Assembly (NCBI GenBank): GCA_032718475.1
Contig: JAUCBJ010007053.1
Span: 90,355 to 154,354 of the forward strand
Reading direction: 5' to 3'
DNA: 64,000 nucleotides
Source of the DNA: Nemertoderma westbladi
Lineage: Eukaryota; Animalia; Xenacoelomorpha
Shown: in pieces, positions 44,801 through 59,800 of the stretch
How positions within the stretch are numbered: position 1 is the first letter of the stretch
How the letters are laid out: each line of letters opens with the position of its first letter
The notes under the pieces: model-generated
What the model saw: only the letters and a program-made list of their open reading frames with translations
Told to the model about the DNA's origin: nothing
The model's database searches: none
Program-made: the position numbers and the translations under genes

Positions 44801-47800
44801 GGACATTCAGGTAATAACTGTTCCACCCACAGAAACTCATAAAACTAACGGACATTCAGGTAATAACTGTTCCACCCACAGAAACTCATAAAACTAACGG
44901 ACATTCAGGTAATAACTGTTCCACCCACAGAAACTCATAAAAATAACGGACATTCAGGTAATAACTGTTCCACCCACAGAAACTCATAAAACTAACGGAC
45001 ATTCAGGTAATAACTGTTCCACCCACAGAAACTCATAAAACTAACGGACATTCAGGTAATAACTGTTCCACCCACAGAAAGTCATGAAACTAACGAATAT
45101 TCAGGTAATAACTGTTCCACCCACAGTAACTCATAAAACTAACTGACATTCAGGTAATAATAACTGTTCCACCCACAGAAACTCTTAAAAATAACGGACA
45201 TTCAGGTAATAACTGTTCCACCCACAGAAACTCATAAAAATAACGGACATTCAGGTAATAACTGTTCCACCCACAGAAACTCATAAAACTAACGGACATT
45301 CAGGTAATAACTGTTCCACCCACAGAAACTCATAATACTAACGGACATTCAGGTAATAACAACTGTTCCACCCACAGAAACTCATAATACTAACGGACAT
45401 TCAGGTAATAACTGTTCCACCCACAGAAACTCATAAAACTAACGGACATTCAGGTAATAACTGTTCCACCCACAGAAACTCATAAAACTAACGGACATTC
45501 AGGTAATAACTGTACCAACCACAGAAACTCATAAAACTAACGGACATTCAGGTAATAACTGTTCCACCCACAGAAACTCATAATACTAACGGACATTCAG
45601 GTAATAACTATTCCACCCACAGAAACTCATAATACTAACGGACATTCAGGTAATAACTGTTCCACCCACAGAAACTCATAAAACTAACGGACATTCAGGT
45701 AATAACTGTTCCACCCACAGAAACTCATAAAACTAACGGACATTCAGGTAATAACTGTTCCACCCACAGAAACTCATAAAACTAACGGACATTCAGGTAA
45801 TAACTGTTCCACCAACAGAAAGTCATAAAACTAACGGACATTCAGGTAATAACTGTTCCACCCACAGAAACTCATAAAACTAACGGACATTCAGGTAATA
45901 ACTGTTCCACCCACAGAAACTCATAAAACTAACGGACATTCAGGTAATAACTGTTCCTCCCACAGAAACTCATAAAACTAACGGACATTCAGGTAATAAC
46001 AACTGTTCCACCCACAGTAACTCATAAAACTAACGGACATTCAGGTAATAACTGTTCCACCCACAGAAACTCATAAAACTAACGGACATTCAGGTAATAA
46101 CTGTTCCACCCACAGAAACTCATAAAACTAACGGACATTCAGGTAATAACTGTTCCACCCACAGTAACTCATAAAACTAACTGACATTCAGGTAATAACA
46201 ACTGTTCCACCCACAGTAACTCATAAAACTAACGGACATTCAGGTAATAACTGTTCCACCCACAGTAACTCATAAAACTAACTGACATTCAGGTAATAAC
46301 AACTGTTCCACCCACAGAAACTCATAAAAATAACGGACATTCAGGTAATAACTGTTCCACCCACAGAAACTCATAAAACTAACGGACATTCAGGTAATAA
46401 CTGTTCCACCCACAGAAACTCATAAAACTAACGGACATTCAGGTAATAACTGTTCCACCCACAGAAACTCATAAAACTAACGGACATTCAGGTAATAACT
46501 GTTCCACCCACAGAAACTCATAATACTAACGGACATTCAGGTAATAACAACTGTTCCACCCACAGAAACTCATAAAAATAACGGACATTCAGGTAATAAC
46601 TGTTCCACCCACAGAAACTCATAAAACTAACGGACATTCAGGTAATAACTGTTCCACCCACAGAAACTCATAAAACTAACGGACATTCAGGTAATAACTG
46701 TTCCACCCACAGAAACTCATAAAACTAACGGACATTCAGGTAATAACTGTTCCACCCACAGAAACTCATAATACTAACGGACATTCAGGTAATAACAACT
46801 GTTCCACCCACAGAAACTCATAAAACTAACGGACATTCAGGTAATAACTGTTCCACCCACAGAAACTCATAAAACTAACGGACATTCAGGTAATAACTGT
46901 TCCACCCACAGAAAGTCATGAAACTAACGAACATTCAGGTAATAACTGTTCCACCCACAGTAACTCATAAAACTAACTGACATTCAGGTAATAATAACTG
47001 TTCCACCCACAGAAACTCTTAAAAATAACGGACATTCAGGTAATAACTGTTCCACCCACAGAAACTCATAAAAATAACGGACATTCAGGTAATAACTGTT
47101 CCACCCACAGAAACTCATAAAACTAACGGACATTCAGGTAATAACTGTTCCACCCTCAGAAACTCATAATACTAACGGACATTCAGGTAATAACTGTTCC
47201 ACCCACAGTAACTCATAAAGCTAACGGACATTCAGGTAATAACTGTTCCACCCACAGAAACTCATAAAACTAACGGACATTCAGGTAATAACTGTTCCAC
47301 CCACAGAAACTCATAAAACTAACGGACATTCAGGTAATAACTGTTCCACCCACAGAAACTCATAAAACTAACGGACATTCAGGTAATAACTGTTCCACCC
47401 ACAGAAACTCATAAAACTAACGGACATTCAGGTAATAACTGTTCCACCCACAGAAACTCATAAAACTAACGGACATTCAGGTAATAACTGTTCCTCCCAC
47501 AGAAACTCATAAAACTAACGGACATTCAGGTAATAACAACTGTTCCACCCACAGTAACTCAAAAAACTAACGGACATTCAGGTAATAACTGTTCCACCCA
47601 CAGAAACTCATAAAACTAACGGACATTCAGGTAATAACTGTTCCACCCACAGAAACTCATAAAACTAACGGACATTCAGGTAATAACTGTTCCTCCCACA
47701 GAAACTCATAAAACTAACGGACATTCAGGTAATAACAACTGTTCCACCCACAGAAACTCATAAAACTAACGGACATTCAGGTAATAACTGTTCCACCCAC

Positions 47801-50800
47801 AGAAACTCATAAAACTAACGGACATTCAGGTAATAACTGTTCCACCCACAGTAACTCATAAAACTAACGGACATTCAGGTAATAACAACTGTTCCACCCA
47901 CAGTAACTCATAAAACTAACGGACATTCAGGTAATAACTGTTCCACCCACAGAAACTCATAAAACTAACGGACATTCAGGTAATAACTGTTCCACCCACA
48001 GAAACTCATAAAACTAACGGACATTCAGGTAATAACTGTTCCACCCACAGAAACTCATAAAAATAACGGACATTCAGGTAATAACTGTTCCACCCACAGA
48101 AACTCATAAAACTAACGGACATTCAGGTAATAACTGTTCCACCCACAGAAACTCATAAAACTAACGGACATTCAGGTAATAACTGTTCCACCCACAGAAA
48201 GTCATGAAACTAACGAACATTCAGGTAATAACTGTTCCACCCACAGTAACTCATAAAACTAACTGACATTCAGGTAATAATAACTGTTCCACCCACAGAA
48301 ACTCTTAAAAATAACGGACATTCAGGTAATAACTGTTCCACCCACAGAAACTCATAAAAATAACGGACATTCAGGTAATAACTGTTCCACCCACAGAAAC
48401 TCATAAAACTAACGGACATTCAGGTAATAACTGTTCCACCCACAGAAACTCATAATACTAACGGACATTCAGGTAATAACAACTGTTCCACCCACAGAAA
48501 CTCATAATACTAACGGACATTCAGGTAATAACTGTTCCACCCACAGAAACTCATAAAACTAACGGACATTCAGGTAATAACTGTTCCACCCACAGAAACT
48601 CATAAAACTAACGGACATTCAGGTAATAACTGTACCAACCACAGAAACTCATAAAACTAACGGACATTCAGGTAATAACTGTTCCACCCACAGAAACTCA
48701 TAATACTAACGGACATTCAGGTAATAACTATTCCACCCACAGAAACTCATAATACTAACGGACATTCAGGTAATAACTGTTCCACCCACAGAAACTCATA
48801 AAACTAACTGACATTCAGGTAATAACAACTGTTCCACCCATAGAAACTCATAAAAATAACGGACATTCAGGTAATAACTGTTCCACCCACAGAAACTCAT
48901 AAAAATAACGGACATTCAGGTAATAACTGTTCCACCCACAGAAACTCATAGAACTAACGGACATTTAGGTAATAACTGTTCCACCCACAGAAACTCATAA
49001 TACTAACGGACATTCAGGTAATAACAACTGTTCCACCCACAGAAACTCATAAAACTAACGGACATTCGGGTAATAACTGTTCCTCCCACAGTAACTCATA
49101 AAACTAACGGACATTCAGGTAATAACTGTTCCACCCACAGAAACTCATAAAACTAACGGACATTCAGGTAATAACTGTTCCACCCACAGAAAGTCATAAA
49201 ACTAACGGACATTCAAGTAATAACTGTTCCACCCACAGAAACTCATAAAACTAACGGACATTCAGGTAATAACTGTTCCACCCACAGAAACTCATAATAC
49301 TAACGGATATACAGGTAATAACAACTGTTCCACCCACAGTAACTCATAAAACTAACGGACATTCAGGTAATAACTGTTCCACCCACAGTAACTCATAAAG
49401 CTAACGGACATTCAGGTAATAACTGTTCCACCCACAGAAACTCATAAAACTAACGGACATTCAGGTAATAACTGTTCCACCCACAGAAACTCATAAAACT
49501 AACGGACATTCAGGTAATAACTGTTCCACCCACAGAAACTCATAAAACTAACGGACATTCAGGTAATAACTGTTCCACCCACAGAAACTCATAAAAATAA
49601 CGGACATTCAGGTAATAACTGTTCCACCCACAGAAACTCATAGAACTAACGGACATTTAGGTAATAACTGTTCCACCCACAGAAACTCATAAAACTAACG
49701 GACATTCAGGTAATAACTGTTCCATCCACAGAAACTCATACAACTAACGAACATTCAGGTAATAACTGTTCCTCCCACAGAAACTCATAAAACTAACGGA
49801 CATTCAGGTAATAACAACTGTTCCACCCACAGTAACTCATAAAAATAACGGACATTCAGGTAATAACTGTTCCACCCACAGAAACTCATAGAACTAACGG
49901 ACATTTAGGTAATAACTGTTCCACCCACAGAAACTCATAAAACTAACGGACATTCAGGTAATAACTGTTCCATCCACAGAAACTCATACAACTAACGAAC
50001 ATTCAGGTAATAACTGTTCCTCCCACAGAAACTCATAAAACTAACGGACATTCAGGTAATAACAACTGTTCCACCCACAGTAACTCATAAAACTAACGGA
50101 CATTCAGGTAATAACTGTTCCACCCACAGAAACTCATAAAAATAACGGACATTCAGGTAATAACTGTTCCACCCACAGAAACTCATAAAACTAACGGACA
50201 TTCAGGTAATAACTGTTCCACCCACAGAAACTCATAAAAATAACGGACATTCAGGTAATAACTGTTCCACCCACAGAAACTCATAAAACTAACGGACATT
50301 CAGGTAATAACTGTTCCACCCACAGAAACTCATAAAACTAACGGACATTCAGGTAATAACTGTTCCACCCACAGAAACTCATAAAAATAACGGACATTCA
50401 GGTAATAACTGTTCCACCCACAGAAACTCATAGAACTAACGGACATTTAGGTAATAACTGTTCCACCCACAGAAACTCATAAAACTAACGGACATTCAGG
50501 TAATAACTGTTCCATCCACAGAAACTCATACAACTAACGAACATTCAGGTAATAACTGTTCCTCCCACAGAAACTCATAAAACTAACGGACATTCAGGTA
50601 ATAACAACTGTTCCACCCACAGTAACTCATAAAACTAACGGACATTCAGGTAATAACTGTTCCACCCACAGAAACTCATAAAACTAACGGACATTCAGGT
50701 AATAACTGTTCCACCCACAGAAACTCATAAAAATAACGGACATTCAGGTAATAACTGTTCCACCCACAGAAACTCATAAAACTAACGGACATTCAGGTAA

Positions 50801-53800
50801 TAACTGTTCCACCCACAGAAACTCATAAAAATAACGGACATTCAGGTAATAACTGTTCCACCCACAGAAACTCATAAAACTAACGGACATTCAGGTAATA
50901 ACTGTTCCACCCACAGAAACTCATAAAACTAACGGACATTCAGGTAATAACTGTTCCACCCACAGAAAGTCATGAAACTAACGAACATTCAGGTAATAAC
51001 TGTTCCACCCACAGTAACTCATAAAACTAACTGACATTCAGGTAATAATAACTGTTCCACCCACAGAAACTCATAAAACTAACGGACATTCAGGTAATAA
51101 CTGTTCCACCCACAGAAACTCATAAAACTAACGGACATTCAGGTAATAACTGTTCCACCCACAGAAACTCATAAAACTAACGGACATTCAGGTAATAACT
51201 GTTCCACCCACAGAAACTCATAAAAATAACGGACATTCAGGTAATAACTGTTCCACCCACAGAAACTCATAAAACTAACGGACATTCAGGTAATAACTGT
51301 TCCACCCACAGAAACTCATAAAACTAACGGAGATTCAGGTAATAACTGTTCCTCCCACAGAAACTCATAAAACTAACGGACATTCAGGTAATGACAACTG
51401 TTCCACCCACAGTAACTCATAATACTAACGGACATTCAGGTAATAACTGTTCCACCCACAGAAACTCATAAAACTAACGGACATTCAGGTAATAACTGTT
51501 CCACCCACAGAAACTCATAAAACTAACGGACATTCAGGTAATAACTGTTCCACCCACAGTAACTCATAAAACTAACTGACATTCAGGTAATAATAACTGT
51601 TCCACCCACAGAAACTCATAAAACTAACGGACATTCAGGTAATAACTGTTCCTCCCACAGAAACTCATAAAACTAACGGACATTCAGGTAATAACTGTTC
51701 CACCCACAGAAACTCATAAAACTAACGGACATTCAGGTAATAACTGTTCCACCCACAGAAACTCATAAAACTAACGGACATTCAGGTAATAACTGTTCCA
51801 CCCACAGAAACTCATAAAACTAACGGACATTCAGGTAATAATAACTGTTCCACCCACAGTAACTCATAAAACTAACGGACATTCAGGTAATAACTGTTCC
51901 ACCCACAGAAACTCATAAAACTAACGGACATTCAGGTAATAACTGTTCCACCCACAGAAACTCATAAAACTAACGGACATTCAGGTAATAACTGTTCCAC
52001 CCACAGAAACTCATAAAACTAACGGACATTCAGGTAATAACTGTTCCACCCACAGAAACTCATAAAACTAACGGACATTCAGGTAATAACTGTTCCTCCC
52101 ACAGAAACTCATAAAACTAACGGACATTCAGGTAATAACTGTTCCACCCACAGAAACTCATAAAACTAACGGACATTCAGGTAATAACTGTACCAACCAC
52201 AGAAACTCATAAAACTAACGGACATTCAGGTAATAACTGTTCCACCCACAGAAACTCATAATACTAACGGACATTCAGGTAATAACTATTCCACCCACAG
52301 AAACTCATAAAACTAACGGACATTCAGGTAATAACTGTTCCACCCACAGAAACTCATAAAACTAACGGACATTCAGGTAATAACTGTTCCACCCACAGAA
52401 ACTCATAATACTAACGGACATTCAGGTAATAACTGTTCCACCCACAGAAACTCATAAAACTAACGGACATTCAGGTAATAACTGTTCCACCCACAGAAAC
52501 TCATAAAACTAACGGACATTCAGGTAATAACTGTACCAACCACAGAAACTCATAAAACTAACGGACATTCAGGTAATAACTGTTCCACCCACAGAAACTC
52601 ATAATACTAACGGACATTCAGGTAATAACTATTCCACCCACAGAAACTCATAATACTAACGGACATTCAGGTAATAACTGTTCCACCCACAGAAACTCAT
52701 AAAACTAACGGACATTCAGGTAATAACTGTTCCACCCACAGAAAGTCATGAAACTAACGAACATTCAGGTAATAACTGTTCCACCCACAGTAACTCATAA
52801 AACTAACTGACATTCAGGTAATAATAACTGTTCCACCCACAGAAACTCTTAAAAATAACGGACATTCAGGTAATAACTGTTCCACCCACAGAAACTCATA
52901 AAACTAACGGACATTCAGGTAATAACTGTTCCACCCACAGTAACTCATAAAACTAACTGACATTCAGGTAATAATAACTGTTCCACCCACAGAAACTCAT
53001 AAAACTAACGGACATTCAGGTAATAACTGTTCCTCCCACAGAAACTCATAAAACTAACGGACATTCAGGTAATAACTGTTCCACCCACAGAAACTCATAA
53101 AACTAACGGACATTCAGGTAATAACTGTTCCACCCACAGAAACTCATAAAACTAACGGACATTCAGGTAATAACTGTTCCACCCACAGAAACTCATAAAA
53201 CTAACGGACATTCAGGTAATAATAACTGTTCCACCCACAGAAACTCATAAAACTAACGGACATTCAGGTAATAACTGTTCCACCCACAGAAACTCATAAA
53301 ACTAACGGACATTCAGGTAATAACTGTTCCACCCACAGAAACTCATAAAACTAACGGACATTCAGGTAATAACTGTTCCACCCACAGAAACTCATAAAAC
53401 TAACGGACATTCAGGTAATAACTGTTCCACCCACAGAAACTCATAAAACTAACGGACATTCAGGTAATAACTGTTCCTCCCACAGAAACTCATAAAACTA
53501 ACGGACATTCAGGTAATAACTGTTCCACCCACAGAAACTCATAAAACTAACGGACATTCAGGTAATAACTGTTCCACCCACAGAAACTCATAAAACTAAC
53601 GGACATTCAGGTAATAACTGTTCCACCCACAGAAACTCATAATACTAACGGACATTCAGGTAATAACTATTCCACCCACAGAAACTCATAAAACTAACGG
53701 ACATTCAGGTAATAACTGTTCCACCCACAGAAACTCATAAAACTAACGGACATTCAGGTAATAACTGTTCCACCCACAGAAACTCATAATACTAACGGAC

Positions 53801-56800
53801 ATTCAGGTAATAACTGTTCCACCCACAGAAACTCATAAAACTAACGGACATTCAGGTAATAACTGTTCCACCCACAGAAACTCATAAAACTAACGGACAT
53901 TCAGGTAATAACTGTACCAACCACAGAAACTCATAAAACTAACGGACATTCAGGTAATAACTGTTCCACCCACAGAAACTCATAATACTAACGGACATTC
54001 AGGTAATAACTATTCCACCCACAGAAACTCATAATACTAACGGACATTCAGGTAATAACTGTTCCACCCACAGAAACTCATAAAACTAACGGACATTCAG
54101 GTAATAACTGTTCCACCCACAGAAAGTCATGAAACTAACGAACATTCAGGTAATAACTGTTCCACCCACAGTAACTCATAAAACTAACTGACATTCAGGT
54201 AATAATAACTGTTCCACCCACAGAAACTCTTAAAAATAACGGACATTCAGGTAATAACTGTTCCACCCACAGAAACTCATAAAAATAACGGACATTCAGG
54301 TAATAACTGTTCCACCCACAGAAACTCATAAAACTAACGGACATTCAGGTAATAACTGTTCCACCCACAGAAACTCATAAAACTAACGGACATTCAGGTA
54401 ATAACTGTTCCACCCACAGAAAGTCATGAAACTAACGAACATTCAGGTAATAACTGTTCCACCCACAGTAACTCATAAAACTAACTGACATTCAGGTAAT
54501 AATAACTGTTCCACCCACAGAAACTCATAAAAATAACGGACATTCAGGTAATAACTGTTCCACCCACAGAAACTCATAAAACTAACGGACATTCAGGTAA
54601 TAACTGTTCCACCCACAGAAAGTCATGAAACTAACGAACATTCAGGTAATAACTGTTCCACCCACAGTAACTCATAAAACTAACGGACATTCAGGTAATA
54701 ACAACTGTTCCACCCACAGTAACTCATAAAACTAACTGACATTCAGGTAATAATAACTGTTCCACCCACAGAAACTCATAAAAATAACGGACATTCAGGT
54801 AACAACTGTTCCACCCACAGAAACTCATAAAACTAACGGACATTCAGGTAATAACTGTTCCACCCACAGAAAGTCATGAAACTAACGAACATTCAGGTAA
54901 TAACTGTTCCACCCACAGAAACTCATAAAACTAACGGACATTCAGGTAATAACAACTGTTCCACCCACAGAAACTCATAATACTAACGGACATTCAGGTA
55001 ATAACAACTGTTCCACCCACAGTAACTCATAAAACTAACTGACATTCAGGTAATAATAACTGTTCCACCCACAGAAACTCATAAAAATAACGGACATTCA
55101 GGTAACAACTGTTCCACCCACAGAAACTCATAAAACTAACGGACATTCAGGTAATAACAACTGTTCCACCCACAGTAACTCATAAAACTAACTGACATTC
55201 AGGTAATAATAACTGTTCCACCCACAGAAACTCATAAAAATAACGGACATTCAGGTAACAACTGTTCCACCCACAGAAACTCATAAAACTAACGGACATT
55301 CAGGTAATAACTGTTCCACCCACAGAAAGTCATGAAACTAACGAACATTCAGGTAATAACTGTTCCACCCTCAGAAACTCATAATACTAACGGACATTCA
55401 GGTAATAACTGTTCCACCCACAGAAACTCATAAAACTAACGGACATTCAGGTAATAATTGTTCCAACCACAGAAACTCATAAAACTAACGGACATTCAGG
55501 TAATAACAACTGTTCCACCCACAGAAACTCATAAAACTAACGGACATTCAGGTAATAATTGTTCCAACCACAGAAACTCATAAAACTAACGAACATTCAG
55601 GTAATAACTGTACCAACCACAGAAACTCATAAAACTAACGGACATTCAGGTAATAACTATTCCACCCACAGAAACTCATAATACTAACGGACATTCAGGT
55701 AATAACTGTTCCACCCACAGAAACTCATAAAACTAACGGACATTCAGGTAATAACTATTCCACCCACAGAAACTCATAATACTAACGGACATTCAGGTAA
55801 TAACTGTTCCACCCACAGAAACTCATAAAACTAACGGACATTCAGGTAATAACTGTTCCACCCACAGAAACTCATAAAACTAACGGACATTCAGGTAATA
55901 ACTATTCCACCCACAGAAACTCATAATACTAACGGACATCCAGGTAATAACAACTGTTCCACCCACAGAAACTCATAAAAATAACGGACATTCAGGTAAT
56001 AACTGTTCCACCCACAGAAACTCATAAAACTAACGAACATTCAGGTAATAACTGTTCCACCCACAGAAACTCATAAAACTAACGGACATTCAGGTAATAA
56101 CTGTACCACCCACAGAAACTCATAAAACTAACAGACATTCAGGTTATAACTTTTCCACCAACAGAAACTCATAAAACTAACGGACATTCAGGTAATAACT
56201 GTTCCACCCACAGAAACTCATAAAACTAACGGACATTCAGGTAATAACTGTTCCACCCACAGAAACTCATAAAACTAACGGACATTCAGGTAATAACTGT
56301 TCCAACCACAGAAACTCATAATACTAACGGACATTCAGGTAATAACAACTGTTCCACCCACAGAAACTCATAAAACTAACGAACATTCAGGTAATAACTG
56401 TACCAACCACAGAAACTCATAAAACTAACGGACATTCAGGTAATAACAACTGTTCCACCCACAGAAACTCATAAAACTAACGGACATTCAGGTAATAACT
56501 GTACCACCCACAGAAACTCATAAAACTAACAGACATTCAGGTTATAACTTTTCCACCAACAGAAACTCATAAAACTAACGGACATTCAGGTAATAACTGT
56601 TCCACCCACAGAAACTCATAAAACTAACGGACATTCAGGTAATAACTGTTCCACCCACAGAAACTCATAAAACTAACGGACATTCAGGTAATAACTGTTC
56701 CAACCACAGAAACTCATAATACTAACGGACATTCAGGTAATAACAACTGTTCCACCCACAGAAACTCATAAAACTAACGAACATTCAGGTAATAACTGTT

Positions 56801-59800
56801 CCAACCACAGAAACTCATAAAACTAACGGACATTCAGGTAATAACTGTTCCAACCACAGAAACTCATAATACTAACGGACATTCAGGTAATAACAACTGT
56901 TCCACCCACAGAAACTCATAAAACTAACGAACATTCAGGTAATAACTGTACCACCCACAGAAACTCATAATACTAACGGACATTCAGGTAATAACTGTTC
57001 CACCCACAGAAACTCATAATACTAACGGACATTCAGGTAATAACTATTCCACCCACAGAAACTCATAATACTAACGGACATTCAGGTAATAACTGTTCCA
57101 CCCACAGAAACTCATAAAACTAACGGACATTCAGGTAATAACTGTTCCACCCACAGAAACTCATAATACTAACGGACATCCAGGTAATAACTGTTCCACC
57201 CACAGAAACTCATAATACTAACGGACATTCAGGTAATAACTATTCCACCCACAGAAACTCATAATACTAACGGACATTCAGGTAATAACTGTTCCACCCA
57301 CAGAAACTCATAATACTAACGGACATTCAGGTAATAACTATTCCACCCACAGAAACTCATAATACTAACGGACATTCAGGTAATAACTGTTCCACCCACA
57401 GAAACTCATAATACTAACGGACATTCAGGTAATAACTATTCCACCCACAGAAACTCATAATACTAACGGACATTCAGGTAATAACTGTTCCACCCACAGA
57501 AACTCATAAAACTAACGGACATTCAGGTAATAACTGTTCCACCCACAGAAAGTCATGAAACTAACGAACATTCAGGTAATAACTGTTCCACCCACAGTAA
57601 CTCATAAAACTAACTGACATTCAGGTAATAATAACTGTTCCACCCACAGAAACTCTTAAAAATAACGGACATTCAGGTAATAACTGTTCCACCCACAGAA
57701 ACTCATAAAAATAACGGACATTCAGGTAATAACTGTTCCACCCACAGAAACTCATAAAACTAACGGACATTCAGGTAATAACTGTTCCACCCACAGAAAC
57801 TCATAAAACTAACGGACATTCAGGTAATAACTGTTCCACCCACAGAAAGTCATGAAACTAACGAACATTCAGGTAATAACTGTTCCACCCACAGTAACTC
57901 ATAAAACTAACTGACATTCAGGTAATAATAACTGTTCCACCCACAGAAACTCATAAAAATAACGGACATTCAGGTAATAACTGTTCCACCCACAGAAACT
58001 CATAAAACTAACGGACATTCAGGTAATAACTGTTCCACCCACAGAAAGTCATGAAACTAACGAACATTCAGGTAATAACTGTTCCACCCACAGTAACTCA
58101 TAAAACTAACGGACATTCAGGTAATAACAACTGTTCCACCCACAGTAACTCATAAAACTAACTGACATTCAGGTAATAATAACTGTTCCACCCACAGAAA
58201 CTCATAAAAATAACGGACATTCAGGTAACAACTGTTCCACCCACAGAAACTCATAAAACTAACGGACATTCAGGTAATAACTGTTCCACCCACAGAAAGT
58301 CATGAAACTAACGAACATTCAGGTAATAACTGTTCCACCCACAGAAACTCATAAAACTAACGGACATTCAGGTAATAACAACTGTTCCACCCACAGAAAC
58401 TCATAATACTAACGGACATTCAGGTAATAACAACTGTTCCACCCACAGTAACTCATAAAACTAACTGACATTCAGGTAATAATAACTGTTCCACCCACAG
58501 AAACTCATAAAAATAACGGACATTCAGGTAACAACTGTTCCACCCACAGAAACTCATAAAACTAACAGACATTCAGGTAATAACAACTGTTCCACCCACA
58601 GTAACTCATAAAACTAACTGACATTCAGGTAATAATAACTGTTCCACCCACAGAAACTCATAAAAATAACGGACATTCAGGTAACAACTGTTCCACCCAC
58701 AGAAACTCATAAAACTAACGGACATTCAGGTAATAACTGTTCCACCCACAGAAAGTCATGAAACTAACGAACATTCAGGTAATAACTGTTCCACCCTCAG
58801 AAACTCATAATACTAACGGACATTCAGGTAATAACTGTTCCACCCACAGAAACTCATAAAACTAACGGACATTCAGGTAATAATTGTTCCAACCACAGAA
58901 ACTCATAAAACTAACGGACATTCAGGTAATAACAACTGTTCCACCCACAGAAACTCATAAAACTAACGGACATTCAGGTAATAATTGTTCCAACCACAGA
59001 AACTCATAAAACTAACGAACATTCAGGTAATAACTGTACCACCCACAGAAACTCATAAAACTAACGGACATTCAGGTAATAACTGTTCCACCCACAGAAA
59101 CTCATAAAACTAACGGACATTCAGGTAATAATTGTTCCAACCACAGAAACTCATAAAACTAACGAACATTCAGGTAATAACTGTACCACCCACAGAAACT
59201 CATAAAACTAACGGACATTCAGGTAATAATTGTTCCAACCACAGAAACTCATAAAACTAACGGACATTCAGGTAATAACTATTCCACCCACAGAAACTCA
59301 TAAAACTAACGGACATTCAGGTAATAACTGTTCCACCCACAGAAACTCATAAAACTAACGGACATTCAGGTAATAACTATTCCACCCACAGAAACTCATA
59401 ATACTAACGGACATTCAGGTAATAACTATTCCACCCACAGAAACTCATAAAACTAACGGACATTCAGGTAATAACTGTTCCACCCACAGAAACTCATAAA
59501 ACTAACGGACATTCAGGTAATAACTATTCCACCCACAGAAACTCATAATACTAACGGACATTCAGGTAATAACTGTTCCACCCACAGAAACTCATAAAAC
59601 TAACGGACATTCAGGTAATAACTGTTCCACCCACAGAAACTCATAAAACTAACGGACATTCAGGTAATAACTATTCCACCCACAGAAACTCATAATACTA
59701 ACGGACATCCAGGTAATAACAACTGTTCCACCCACAGAAACTCATAAAAATAACGGACATTCAGGTAATAACTGTTCCACCCACAGAAACTCATAAAACT

